Of a stretch of DNA of 64,000 bases, positions 41,430-52,740 are shown piece by piece. The notes under the pieces were generated by a model, which worked only from the letters and a program-made list of their open reading frames with translations, was not told the DNA's origin and searched no databases. Within the stretch, counting starts at the first letter, position 1, and every line of letters starts with the position of its first letter. The position numbers and the translations under genes were made by a program. The stretch is from Octopus vulgaris (lineage: Eukaryota). Where the stretch lies: the NCBI GenBank assembly GCA_951406725.2, contig OX597819.1:121954001-122018000 (forward strand). Reading direction: 5' to 3'.

Positions 41430-43575
41430 GCTCTTGGTACAAGACTATTAACCAGCGAGCAAGTCTCTACGAGTTTACTGGATCTTCAAGAAATAACAGT
41501 CACATCTCTGCCAAATCGTATGATATAGTGTTTGAGAAATATACGTTTTTATCACACAGTCCTTGATACATCATATGTGTATGAAAGACAGAATACTCAT
41601 TACAGGAGAGCTTTTGAACTCTGAGTCAAGTCTTAAATCTGGCTAAACAAAAACAGCAACAAAATCAACGAACTAGTTTAATGTTCAAATTTACGAGATA
41701 ACTTTACATTACTGGGATGCGGCATCCATTTTTGTTTTGTTCTGTTTTGTCATTTGTCACTTAATTTTCTCTTAAGTCAAATCTATTCAGGACTTCTAAG
41801 GTTCCATATCATCGTGGTTTGAATGATTAAGTGAAGTTCATTATTCAAAACCCATAAATTATTCTCTCGTACATTGCCAGAACATATTATTAATCTTTTG
41901 TTTTTACCATTAAGCAAGTGCTACTAAAATAATTCTTTACGACGTTCAAAGATTAGCTAAGCCGATCTTAACATATAATCCCTTAATTTTTTTCCTTAAA
42001 TATTCAACCAGCTTCTGGGTAAACTTTCAAGTGATATTTTCAGTTATGACATCAATGTAGTGACACCCCCTTCTTGTCCACCCAATCTTCCCTATCATTG
42101 CTATTATAAATGACTTATGTTACACTAAGGGGTAAAAACATGGGCACTTTGATAATGCAAAATATATTTGCTTAAAGCTGACAGAACACATTTTCATATC
42201 ATTGTGTTAGATATCCGGTATACGCAAATGATACAGTATTTAAGTATTTAAAATAGGCATCTGTGTATCATACTTAATATATATACACATGGTTGATAGG
42301 CCAGTTACTGCTGTATTTACCCCGAGATACCACCCCTTATGGAATAATTATGTTAAAAACAAAATAAATGCAAGAGAGAGAGAGAGAGAGGAGAGAGAGA
42401 GTAAGGGAAAGAGAGAGTAAGGGAAAGAGAGAAAAGGAGAGAGTGACAGACAGACAGACAGAAAGACAGACAAAAATTCTTTCCAGCAGCTTCTAGTGAG
42501 ATATAAGACACGATGAATTCTCATCTGAGCATTGACTGGCAGCTATTACGCGCCATTGTAAAGATCCAAAATGGCTGAAATGTATCAGGCGCTTTAGTTG
42601 GCTGCTGAGACAAATTTTCGCCTCTCTCTGATATTCGTTCAGTTTTTAACACAGCACGTTCATAAGATATGTTAACTCAGAATAAATACTGCCGAAACGG
42701 GCCTATCGACAACATTTAGACATCAAGTAAGATATAAAGACGGTTATGTTATATGGTTTCATCAATTCTAAAATAGCTTTTGCATTCAGCTTTCACAAAG
42801 AGCAAGACGGCGGGCTGGCTGTTGATCATAGGGGTCGACGAAATAGACATCCCTTCCCACAAACTTACTGGTCTTGACTAATATTTGAAGCCAATATTTT
42901 TCAAAGGGGAGGTGGCGAACTGGTAGAATTATTAGCATGGCGTGCAAAATGCGTAGTGGTATTTCGTCCGTCCGCACGTCCTGAATACAAATTCCACCGA
43001 ATTCGACTTCGCCTTTGAACCCAACCTTCGGGGTCGATAAGATAAATACCAGTTGAGTACTGGGGTTGATGTAATCGACTTATTACTTTCCCCAAACTTG
43101 CTGGCCTTGTGTCAAAATTCGAAACAAATATTATTCAAAGGGAAGAACTGGTAGAATTGTTAGAACATCGTGAAAAATGCGTAGTGGTATTTTGTCCGTC
43201 TGCACGCTCTGAGTACAAATTCCGCCGAGATCGACTTTGCATTTCAACTTTCGGGTTCGATAAAATAAGTCCCTGTTGAACACTGAGCTCGATGTAATCG
43301 CCTTATACCCTCACCCGAAATCACTGGCCTTGTATCAAAATCTGAGACCAATATTGGTACAGATAATGACTCAGAATGAAGTTATCACTCATTATAGTAA
43401 AGAAAGTCATAGACACGAATATAATCCATCAACAGTAGTCTTCTATCAAGCATTTAGTCTTTATTTATTCGTTTTTACTGCTTAGAGCTGCAGCCATGCT
43501 GATGCACCACCGTGGAGAAAACGTAAAGACAGACGAAATGCCGTTAAGTATTTTGTCCAGCGTACTAACGTTTCT

Positions 43576-44157
43576 TATTTCTTTACTACCCACAGAGGGG
43601 ACAAACAAGGACAGACAAACGGATTAAGTCGATTATATCGACCTCAGTGCGTAACTGGTACTTATTTAATCGACCCCGAAAAGATAAAAGGCAAAGTCGA
43701 CCTCGGTGGAATTTGAACTCAGAACGTAACGGCAGACGAAATACCTATTGCTTTACTACCCACAAGGGGATAAATACAGAAGGGACAAACAAGGACAGAC
43801 AAACGGATTAAGTCGATTATATCGACACCAGTGGCTAACTGGTACTTATTTAATCGACCCCGAAAGGATGAATGGCAAAGTCGACCTCGGCGGAATTTGA
43901 ACTCAGAACTTCGCAGCAGACGAAATACCTATTTCTTTACTACCCACAAGGGGCTAAACACAGAAAGTGCAAACAAGGACAGACAAACGGATTAAATCGA
44001 TTACATCGACCCCAGTGCATAACTGGTACTTATTCAATCGACCTCGAAAGGATGAAAGGCAAAGTGAACCGCGGCGGAATTTGAACTCAGAACGTAACGG
44101 CAGACGAAATACTGCTAAGCATTTCGCACGGCGTGCTAACGTTTCTGCCAGCTTGCC
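43576..44157 (-). mobile_element. SINE family B tandem trimer
   Basis: Boundaries at 43745, 43929 and 44113 (184-bp period). Confidence 0.9.
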
Positions 44158-44679
44158 GACTGTTGTCTATGCAAAGACATTTCGAAAATTGTGGCAACAA
44201 AGTTCCACACTCTCTTTTATCAGAGTCTTTGGGTGAATCTCAAAATATTCATCACGTCATGTGTAAACGTAAGTTTCTTCTTATTTTTTAATAAATCCAA
44301 AACCCTCACTCACACCTCCATCCTCGTATTACAACCATTCCTTCCTTTACTCCAATCATCTACTTTCCCCTACTAAGTATATACTTAAATACTCACATAT
44401 CTAGATTGGCCTTCATACTGGCAAGAAGAGATAAACATCCTTCTTCGATTCAACCGCTGATGCAGTATCGCCTGACGAAATGAATCAATGATAATGTTCA
44501 AGTGGACGCCCACGGATATTACGGACTATACTCTGATCATCCATAGGATACGGACTCTGATGTTAAAGTCGAGTGATTTGTGGAAACGTGCGCAGTGATG
44601 AATTAGATATCTATAAATTCTATACATTATTTACATTATTTACATTTGACGGATATCTGTCCTCATCTTGTTTGTTGTT

Positions 44680-44725
44680 AACACAACGTTTCGACTGATA
44701 TACCCTCCAGCCTTCATCAGGTGTC
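44680..44725 (-). ncRNA. Minimal type I hammerhead ribozyme (Penelope-like)
   Basis: GACAC-CTGATGA-AGGCTGGAGGGTATATCAGTC-GAAA-CGTT-GTGTT: conserved core, stem I GACAC/GTGTT, palindromic AACGTT stem III. Confidence 0.7.
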
Positions 44726-44730
44726 TAGGG

Positions 44731-44907
44731 AAACAAGTAGAAAGATATATTTTTCAACGCGTGAATAGTGATAGAATAGTGTATATAGGATGAAATCCTT
44801 TAAGAGCAGAAAAAACATGTCGGCTTTTCTGCTCTTAAAGTATTTTATCTTATGTATTCTGTTCTATCAGTATTAGCGCGTTGAAAAATAGATTTTTCTT
44901 CTTGTTT
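44731..44907. repeat. Imperfect palindrome (about 85-bp arms, about 11-nt loop)
   Basis: AAACAAG..TATTTTTCAACGCG..TTTAAGAGCAGAAAA mirrored by TTTTCTGCTCTTAAAG..CGCGTTGAAAAATA..CTTGTTT. Confidence 0.8.
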
Positions 44908-46450
44908 TGAACATATTTAATTCGTTTATTGCTGTATATGGAACTTACCCTCTTTTCGAAGTCAGTAAGGAAGGGCGAATCCAGTAGTTTTAACTGACAG
45001 GAGTGTAAGATTGTTATATTGTATGTTTTTGTGAAGGCAGTGAGCTGGCAGAAACGTTAGCACGCCGGGCGAAATGCGTAGCCGTATTTCGTCTGTCGTC
45101 ACGTACCAGTTACGCACTGGGGTCGATGTAATCGACTTAATCCGTTTGTCTGTCCTTGTTTGTCCCTTCTGTATGTAGCCCCTTGTGGGTAGTAAAGAAA
45201 TATATTGTATGTTTTTATGGGGTACGTCATGTAGTTCTTTGTATCCTGAGTTCAAATCCTTCCATACCCTTCTCGGGTGGTAGACGTAACCCTCCGCCTG
45301 GCTTTTCATAGCATCACCTGGTATTTTGAATGATTGTGGTAGACTCCAATATGCTGCAAGTATTCAAGACAAGTCTCTGATTTGAAGATGCAATCCTTCT
45401 TCATGGACTCTATCTCTTCACTTGACTAAATCAAAAACAACAAAAACTAAAACTCTTTTATCAATAATAATTGAATTAATTCTTTCTAATTTTAGCAGAA
45501 GACCAACAATTTTGAGGAGAGGGTTTTGGTGATGAAAAACAAAGACGAGTTCGGTGGAATTTGAACTCGGAACGTAGTGACCTGGACGAAGTGCTACTCT
45601 ATACTATCAGCTTCCACACAGTTTCATTCTATCAAATTCCCTCATAAGGTGCTGGTCGGCCTAGGGGATGTAGTAGAAGACACTTACCCAGGGTGGCATG
45701 CAGTGAGACTAAATTTGAAACCACTTGGATTCAAAGAGGGGCTCTCAAACACACAGCTATGCCTGTGCCTAGGGCCATGCTGGAGCTGTTGAAGACTTGA
45801 AACAATTTAAAACAGACATAGATGTCCAAATATGTGTGTGTACGGGCATGTATCTCCCTTCCCCCCCCCCCCACTCTCTCACGCTTTGTGTCTGTGTGTT
45901 TGTGTACGTGTGTGTGGATGTGTTTGAGAAATAGAGATCAGAGAAACACAGACAGACAGAGATCGCGCGCTCTTGGGAACAGTTAACAAAAAGTAACGAA
46001 TATTTTCATCTCCATACTTCGGTCTCACTTTAGCTTAGTCATGACACTTTTGTTCAGTTCTGTTTGTTTAACGCAAAAACAAAACATTCACCGACTTCAT
46101 CACAAATGCAAAAGTCACCAATAAACACAACAACAACAAAACAACAATTTCTAAAAGAGAAACAGAGGTGGAATATATCAAAAGTAACAAAAAAACAAGA
46201 GTAACAGGTAGCAATTCTATATAAACATCAACCTGATCGGCCTTACCGATCGAAGAGGGCCTCCTATGTCTGTAGGTAACAGCCCAAGTAGGCAAATACG
46301 TCGAGAAAATATAGAAATATAAACAAACTCTTCCATCAATAAACATAAACGAGCAGCAAAAGTGACAGCAATTGAGATGACAAAGATTAAAACGACCAAA
46401 CTCAACAACATCCACAACGAAAATAAATTATAAGCCACCATTGATGTGAT

Positions 46451-46482
<32 letters not shown>

Positions 46483-46806
46483 TTATATAAGCGTGTATGT
46501 GTGTGCGTGTGTATGTATATATGCATTGGGAGGGGAAGAAAGAGAAAAGAAAAGAGAAGATATTGGTTGGAGTTTTCACTTTCAAAAGAAACAGGTTCCC
46601 TTTTCCCAGTAATATTATTATCATTTTGGGTTTTGTTTTTGTTTTTTTTTTTTATATAGCAACAGCATGAAAGTTTCAGTGAATTGCTTTGAATTAAGAA
46701 TATATGCATAAGACATACATCTCTGTATATGTGCTTGCGTGTGTGTTATAATATATATGTGTGTGTATATATATATATATATGCATATTATATATATATT
46801 ATTATG

Positions 46807-46847
<41 letters not shown>

Positions 46848-46860
46848 GATTATGATTATG

Positions 46861-46894
<34 letters not shown>

Positions 46895-46896
46895 GT

Positions 46897-46968
46897 CAGG
46901 TCACTGTCTGGAATCGAACTCGGAATCTTGGGATTAGGAGACCGCGCTCTCAACCACTACACTATATG
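46897..46968 (-). mobile_element. tRNA-like SINE head followed by (AAT)n
   Basis: A-box TAGTGTAGTGG, anticodon-like loop CTCCTAA, B-box GAGTTCGATTCC. The acceptor stem does not pair cleanly. Confidence 0.6.
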
Positions 46969-46995
46969 AGAAGCTAGGTTCGAAATTTCCCCCAA

Positions 46996-47041
46996 GACAC
47001 CTGATGAAGGCTGGATGGTATATCAGCCGAAACGTTGTGTT
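46996..47041 (+). ncRNA. Minimal type I hammerhead ribozyme (same family as 44680-44725)
   Basis: GACAC-CTGATGA-AGGCTGGATGGTATATCAGCC-GAAA-CGTT-GTGTT; stem II GGCTG/CAGCC. Confidence 0.75.
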
Positions 47042-47333
47042 AACAACAAGCAAGAGGGGGACAGATATCCGTCAAATGTAAATCATGTGTATAATGTAAA
47101 AATTGTACATAATTCCTCATCTCTTAAATATAGAACTGTAAAAATTCTATCATATAATTGTTGTTATTATTATCTTTATCCTACATTATATCCGTATAAA
47201 CACGACCATGATGTGCCACAGACTCACTAGTCAGAATCGTTAGAGGGTAGCCGGCATAATGAAATAGGCGCTTTATTTGCATACACTTGACAATACCATA
47301 AATGAATCTTATGTATATATATATATATATATA

Positions 47334-47670
47334 TATATTATATTAATTAGAGACAAAACTACTATTATGCAAATCAAACAAAGAAAGACTTAAGCCAATA
47401 CATAAAAATTTTTATATAAATTAAATATAATTAAAATAACCACTACGATCGTTTCGTGTCAGCACTTCTATGAGACATTCTTCAGGTGGTTTCAAAACCT
47501 TCTTTGCAAGTTTAAAACTGAAGAATGTCTCATAGAAGTGCTTACACGAAACGATCGTAGTGGTTATTTTAATTATATTTAATTTATATAAAAAATTTTT
47601 ATGTATTGGCTTAAGTCTTTCTTTGTTTGATTTGCATAATAGTAGTTTTGTCTCTAATTAATATAATATA
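47334..47670. mobile_element. Near-perfect inverted repeat (about 150-bp arms, 32-nt spacer); Penelope-like inverted pLTR
   Basis: 47334-47485 is the reverse complement of 47518-47670 with few differences. Both arms carry a hammerhead core. Confidence 0.8.
47438..47491 (-). ncRNA. Minimal type I hammerhead ribozyme (second family)
   Basis: AACCAC-CTGAAGA-ATGTC..GACAC-GAAA-CGATCG-TA-GTGGTT: 6-bp stem I, stem II TGTC/GACA, palindromic stem III ACGATCGT, GUA cleavage triplet. Confidence 0.75.
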
Positions 47671-47750
47671 ATATTTTACTATAAAATTGGATTCAATCCT
47701 AAATCTGATTTTTCCCTGTAAATTTGGATTGATTCCCTAATATTTATTAT

Positions 47751-47802
<52 letters not shown>

Positions 47803-47907
47803 TATTATATATATATATAGGGAGAGTTTAAGAAAAAAACAAAAGACGAAGACAGGTGGTGTACAAAACAAACAGATGTATTAGTATAACGCTCAGGAAT
47901 AGAAAAA

Positions 47908-47949
47908 GTCTTTTACGTTTCGAGCCTACGCTCTTCTACAGAACGGGAC
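47908..47949 (-). ncRNA. Hammerhead-like motif with variant core (third family), within a Penelope-like repeat 47818-48000
   Basis: CTGTAGA-AGAGC-GTAG-GCTC-GAAA-CGTA-AAAGAC; stem I is weak in this copy. Confidence 0.5.
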
Positions 47950-47999
47950 ACAGAAAAAACAAGGAGAGTAAAAAATGTGTGTAGTGGCTAACGATCTAT

Positions 48000-48154
<155 letters not shown>

Positions 48155-48169
48155 GTGTGTGTGTGTGTA

Positions 48170-48495
48170 TCTTTTATCCTTTTACTTGTTTCAGTAATTT
48201 GACTGTGGCCATGCTGGAGCACCGCCCTTTAGTCAAGAAATCGACCCTAGGACTTATTTTTTGTAAACCTAGTACTTATTCTAACGGTCTCTTTTGCCGA
48301 ACCGTTAAGTTACGGGGACGTAAACACACCAGCACGACGGGCTTCTTTCAGTTTCCCTCTACCAAATCCATTCGGAAGGCTTTGGTCGGCCCGAGACTTT
48401 AGTAGAAGACACTTGCCTAATGTGCCACGCAGTGGGACTGGACCCGGAACCATGTAGTTCGTAAGCAAGCTACTTACCACACAGACACTCCTACG

Positions 48496-48497
<2 letters not shown>
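48170..48497 (-). mobile_element. SINE family C with the internal microsatellite region deleted
   Basis: Reverse complement of the family C head and tail, joined directly. Confidence 0.8.
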
Positions 48498-48567
<70 letters not shown>

Positions 48568-49667
48568 TGTATGTATGTATGTATGTATGTATGTATGTAT
48601 GTATGTGACTGTGTGTCTGTGTATGTATGAGTTTTTATGGGAATCAATATTTTAAAACAATTTAACGTTTATCTAAAGCATTATTCGATACTCTTTATGA
48701 CTAGCGGTACCAAAAGAGCAGCAGAATAATGCAGTAGATAGGGAAGGGATAAAAAAGATGGAGCTGACAGATACGAATAAGTAAATGTTTCAAGAATATG
48801 ATTAAGCGTGGAGGTGGTCAGAGATATTCGAGGATTAAAATAGTGAGTGGGGAAAGATTGATGCTAGAAGGTGTTTATAGAAAGTGACGCCGAAGAGAAG
48901 GGAGTGCTGAATACCAGTGTAGATGGTCAGTAGAAAATATGAGTGAAAGGGTAACGTTAAGAATGGGATAAAGGAAATGAAAAAGAATTGGATGAAAAGA
49001 AACGATATAACTGGTAGTACAGAGTGGTCGAAGGAAAATATGAGATGAGGGAGAATAGATGTCAAAAGGAGGGGTTCAAGGGAGAGGGAGAATGAGCTGA
49101 TAGCACGAAAAATGTAATATCGAATTATATGTTCTGCTCTCATTTAACTACAACAGCAGAATTTTGCACCGTAGTTAGAAGAGTGATGGAGTGATAAGTG
49201 ACAGGCAGACGAGCAGCTGTGCATGCATTTCTGTGCACTTGCTTTTCTGGTCTCCTCTCACATCACTCGGGAACCCATGTTGGTCTGTTAACTCCCAGTA
49301 ATACTAGCAATTCGGCACAGGATATTACCAAACTTAGAAAAACTACAATACTGGTGAAGGGGAAATTTATTTGACTAAACCCCTCAAGGTGGTGTCCCAG
49401 TATAATCAATGTTCAATAACTGAAACAAATAATGAATAAAAGTGTATAAATATATCGGTATTTGTTCAGAAAACAGCAAATAGCACCCCAAGCTAAAGTA
49501 CACAGTGCGGTATTAAACGCAGATTATATTTATTTAGTTAAAGCTTACAATTTGCAAAATAGATAGAGCTGTGGAAAGAAACCCATCAGAGGAGATTATG
49601 GCAATTATTATATAAATGTGTCGAGGTGAATGTGTGAGGAAAAAGACTTAGATAGGAATGGAGGAAA

Positions 49668-49896
49668 GCGACGTGGCAGAAACGTTAGCACGCCGGGCGA
49701 AATGCGTAGCCGTATTTCGTCTGTCGCTACGTTCTGAGTTCAAATTCCGCCGAGGTCGACTTTGCCTTTAATCCTTTCGGGGTCGATAAATTAAGTAGCA
49801 ATTACGCACTGTGGTCGATATGATCGACTTAATCCGTCTGTCTGTCCTTGTTTGTCTCCTCTGTGTTTAGCCCCTTGTGGGTAGTAAAAGAAATAG
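49668..49896 (+). mobile_element. SINE family B monomer
   Basis: About 18-bp TSD ATAGGAATGGAG(G/T)AAAGC. Other monomers at about 45039-45201 (+), 56345-56572 (-), 57494-57721 (+) and 63081-63290 (+). Confidence 0.85.
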
Positions 49897-50192
49897 GAAT
49901 GGAGTAAAGCTATGAATGTGCTAAAAGAAGAGTGACTTACAATAAAAACGTATACGTTCATAGGCAATACTATAGACGAATACTGCAGTAAATCCCCGTT
50001 TTCACAGTGTATCTTCAGTGGGTATGATATACGAAAGGTTACAAATAGTAAGAATTGTGTGATGTTTGCTAAATAACCGCATTGTTCCAGACTCACTCCA
50101 ACAGTATGATATCTTGGGTAAGTATCATCTATTGTAGCCCCGAGTCGACCAAAAGGAAGTATATTTGGTAGAGGGAAACTGAAAGAATCCCG

Positions 50193-50242
<50 letters not shown>

Positions 50243-50280
50243 GTGTGTGTGTATGTACATGTATATGTATATATACATAC

Positions 50281-50310
<30 letters not shown>

Positions 50311-50311
<1 letters not shown>

Positions 50312-50664
50312 AAGTAAAAGTAAAGTAAAGACCCCCTTCGGTCATGAATGACCATGGGATTGCACCTAGAAAGTTACCCTCCTAGACACAAGTCCGGGCA
50401 AGGTTGTTTATGGAAGACCAGTAGTCGCCCATGCATACCAGCCTCCCTCTCCACGCCACCAGTGTTATCCAAGGGAAAGACAAAGGTCGATACAGCTTGG
50501 CACTTGTGACGTCGCAACTCATTTCTACAGCTGAGTGAACTGGAGCAACGTGAAATAAAGTGCCTTGCTCAAGAACACAACACGCAGCCCGGTCCGGGAT
50601 TCGAGCTCACAACCTCACGATCGTAAGCTCGACGCTCTAACCACTGAGCCATGCGCCTTCACAC
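50311..50664 (-). mobile_element. SINE head D plus tail 3, ending in (TTTAC)n
   Basis: Head GAAGGCGCATGGCTCAGTGGTTAGAGCG...GAGCTCGAATCCC. Tail is the same in kind as 9204-9350. Confidence 0.85.
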
Positions 50665-50937
50665 ATATATATATATACCGGGAAAATAATAAGGCTAGCA
50701 AATTTAGAAAAATTTTCATACGTTAGCATGCGTAATGTACCAGCATAAAAGCACGACACTCTGTGAACTTCCTCCACAAATCGCAGCCCCTCTTACAGTA
50801 ATAACAATCACTTCCTTTCCTTCAAATTCAAAATGGCTGAAGACTTGAATCACGCTTGAAACTCGGACTACCAACGAAAGTGAATCAAACTAGTTTGATC
50901 TATACATATGTGTGTGTGTGTATATATATCCATTTAA

Positions 50938-50996
<59 letters not shown>

Positions 50997-51675
50997 GAAT
51001 TGTTTTTTCGGGGTTTGTGATTTAACTGCCCTTTCTATCATGTAAGGGGTCCTGTCAAAGGTCTCCTCTCTTTGTATAAAAATATTTTATATACTCTTAT
51101 ATTTTTATAAATATGACATGTCTTATGACTATTATTTATGCATGCTAAACACTGGTAATAAATTATATAAATTTATTACCCTCATATTTACGATATATTT
51201 ACAATTCTCAGACTATATAGGACAAAGTTTTAAATTTGTCTATTTACTGCTGGAATATATGTTTACGCTTGCGCACCAATTTCGAATCCATAATGGATAA
51301 AAATGTAACTATCTTGCGCACGTTTTTTCGGTACGTATTTGCATCTACATGATTATTCATTAATTAGCAATCTCGCTAACGAGCTACAGATTCCAAATTT
51401 GTTTATTTGGCAATTAATAGAGAAACTCGAGTTCAGGATTAACTAATTCATATTTTGTTCGTTCTGGTGTTGTAACAGCGTGCCTCATGAATTCTTTTCT
51501 TCGTGATCTGGGTTTTAGCTGCCCTTTCTAGCACGTAAGGGGTCCTGTCAAAGGTTTCCTCTCTGTGTATAGAAATGTTTTATACACAATATATTTAAAA
51601 ATATGTGTGTGTGTTTGTGTGTGTGTATGTGAATGTGTGTGTGTGCGTGTGTTTGTGTGTGTGTGTGTGTGTATT

Positions 51676-52062
51676 AAAGAAACTGAATCCAGATTCGATG
51701 AGGCTAGTTCCGCTTTCAATAAGCTTTATCACAGACATTGGATCAACCAAAACGTATCGAAAAAGGTGAAAATCGATGTATACAAGTCTGTGGTCTTCAT
51801 AACATTGCTTCCTGTCTCTGAATCTATCAAAGGCACATCAACCAGCTTGACGCTTTTCATATATGTTTCTTGCGTACTCTCTCCAATATAAATCCGAGTG
51901 ACCATATTCATAACAGTGAGGTACAAACAAATTTCAGTATATCAGGTACTGGAGCCATTCTCATCAAAATCCAGCTTAGATGGTTTGGTCATCTCTCACG
52001 TATGAGTGAGATCAGAATTCCGAAGCAACATCTCTTTAACCAATTCCCAACGGGAAGGTCAA
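51676..52062 (+). mobile_element. RTE-clade LINE RT C-terminal fragment
   Basis: ESRFDEASSAFNKLYHRHW...KVKIDVYKSVVFITLL and QLRWFGHLSRMSEIRIPKQ. Confidence 0.75.
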
Positions 52063-52289
52063 TCTTGCGTATTGTCCCCCCACCTTCTGGTTTTCACCTC
52101 TCTCTGTCTTTGTTTACATATAGACTTATGTGTTTGAAAGTTTGTGGCATGCGGTGTGTGTTGTGAATTTTTAAATGCGTGTATGTGTGCTTGTGTGTGT
52201 GCAAGTGAATGTGGTTATCGTTGTATGATTTTGAGAAACACGATTGTATAGAAGCAGCCTGCTCGTGTAGATATACCAATATCCAACCG

Positions 52290-52740
52290 CTGGATGAGCC
52301 CCAGAGAGTGGAGGTCCGCCTTTACAATGCAGAATCTAACTCAAAAGATCCTAACTTCAGTACCGCATGGAAGCGCTCCTGTCATATAACATTATAAAAA
52401 TGAGGCTCGTTAAAATATTTTCCAGCCATGCCCCTTTCTTCAGAGTTACATCTGAACTATAATATCAAATGGTGGATAGTTGGAAGGTCGAAGACCCCAT
52501 AAAAAGGCAGCGAAAGATGTGGTGTTTGCACTGCGGAGCAGAAGGTAATACTAGAATATTTAAAGAGGCTAATTGTGAATAGTTCTGTAACTTAAATAGG
52601 TTAGTTAATCTTGTGTAACTAGCCATCATAACCAGTTTTAAAAGTGTGTTTATGCGAGTCGGAAGCTCTCAGTGCTCCGATGCAGAGATTTTGGACGAGT
52701 GCATCATGTCATGCGACATATTCGTTATTCTTAGTGAACT
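52290..52740 (+). mobile_element. Possible Penelope-like GIY-YIG endonuclease C-terminal remnant
   Basis: NYNIKWWIVGRSKT...GSERCGVCTAEQKVILEY resembles the W-x-I...CxxC-xx-EK-xx-I end of PLE ORFs. Very degenerate. Confidence 0.4.

Noticed and set aside
40700-44157. Regularly spaced repeats suggesting a CRISPR array
   Set aside because: The units are contiguous 184-bp SINE bodies without unique spacers, in a eukaryotic context with no cas genes.
46225-46310. Possible fourth hammerhead (CGAAGA-GGGC...GCCC...AATACGTCGAG)
   Set aside because: Both conserved core segments are corrupted; too degenerate to call.
48835-49143. Hydrophobic 102-aa minus ORF resembling a membrane protein
   Set aside because: Explained by strong purine/pyrimidine strand skew; no recognisable motifs or splice structure.
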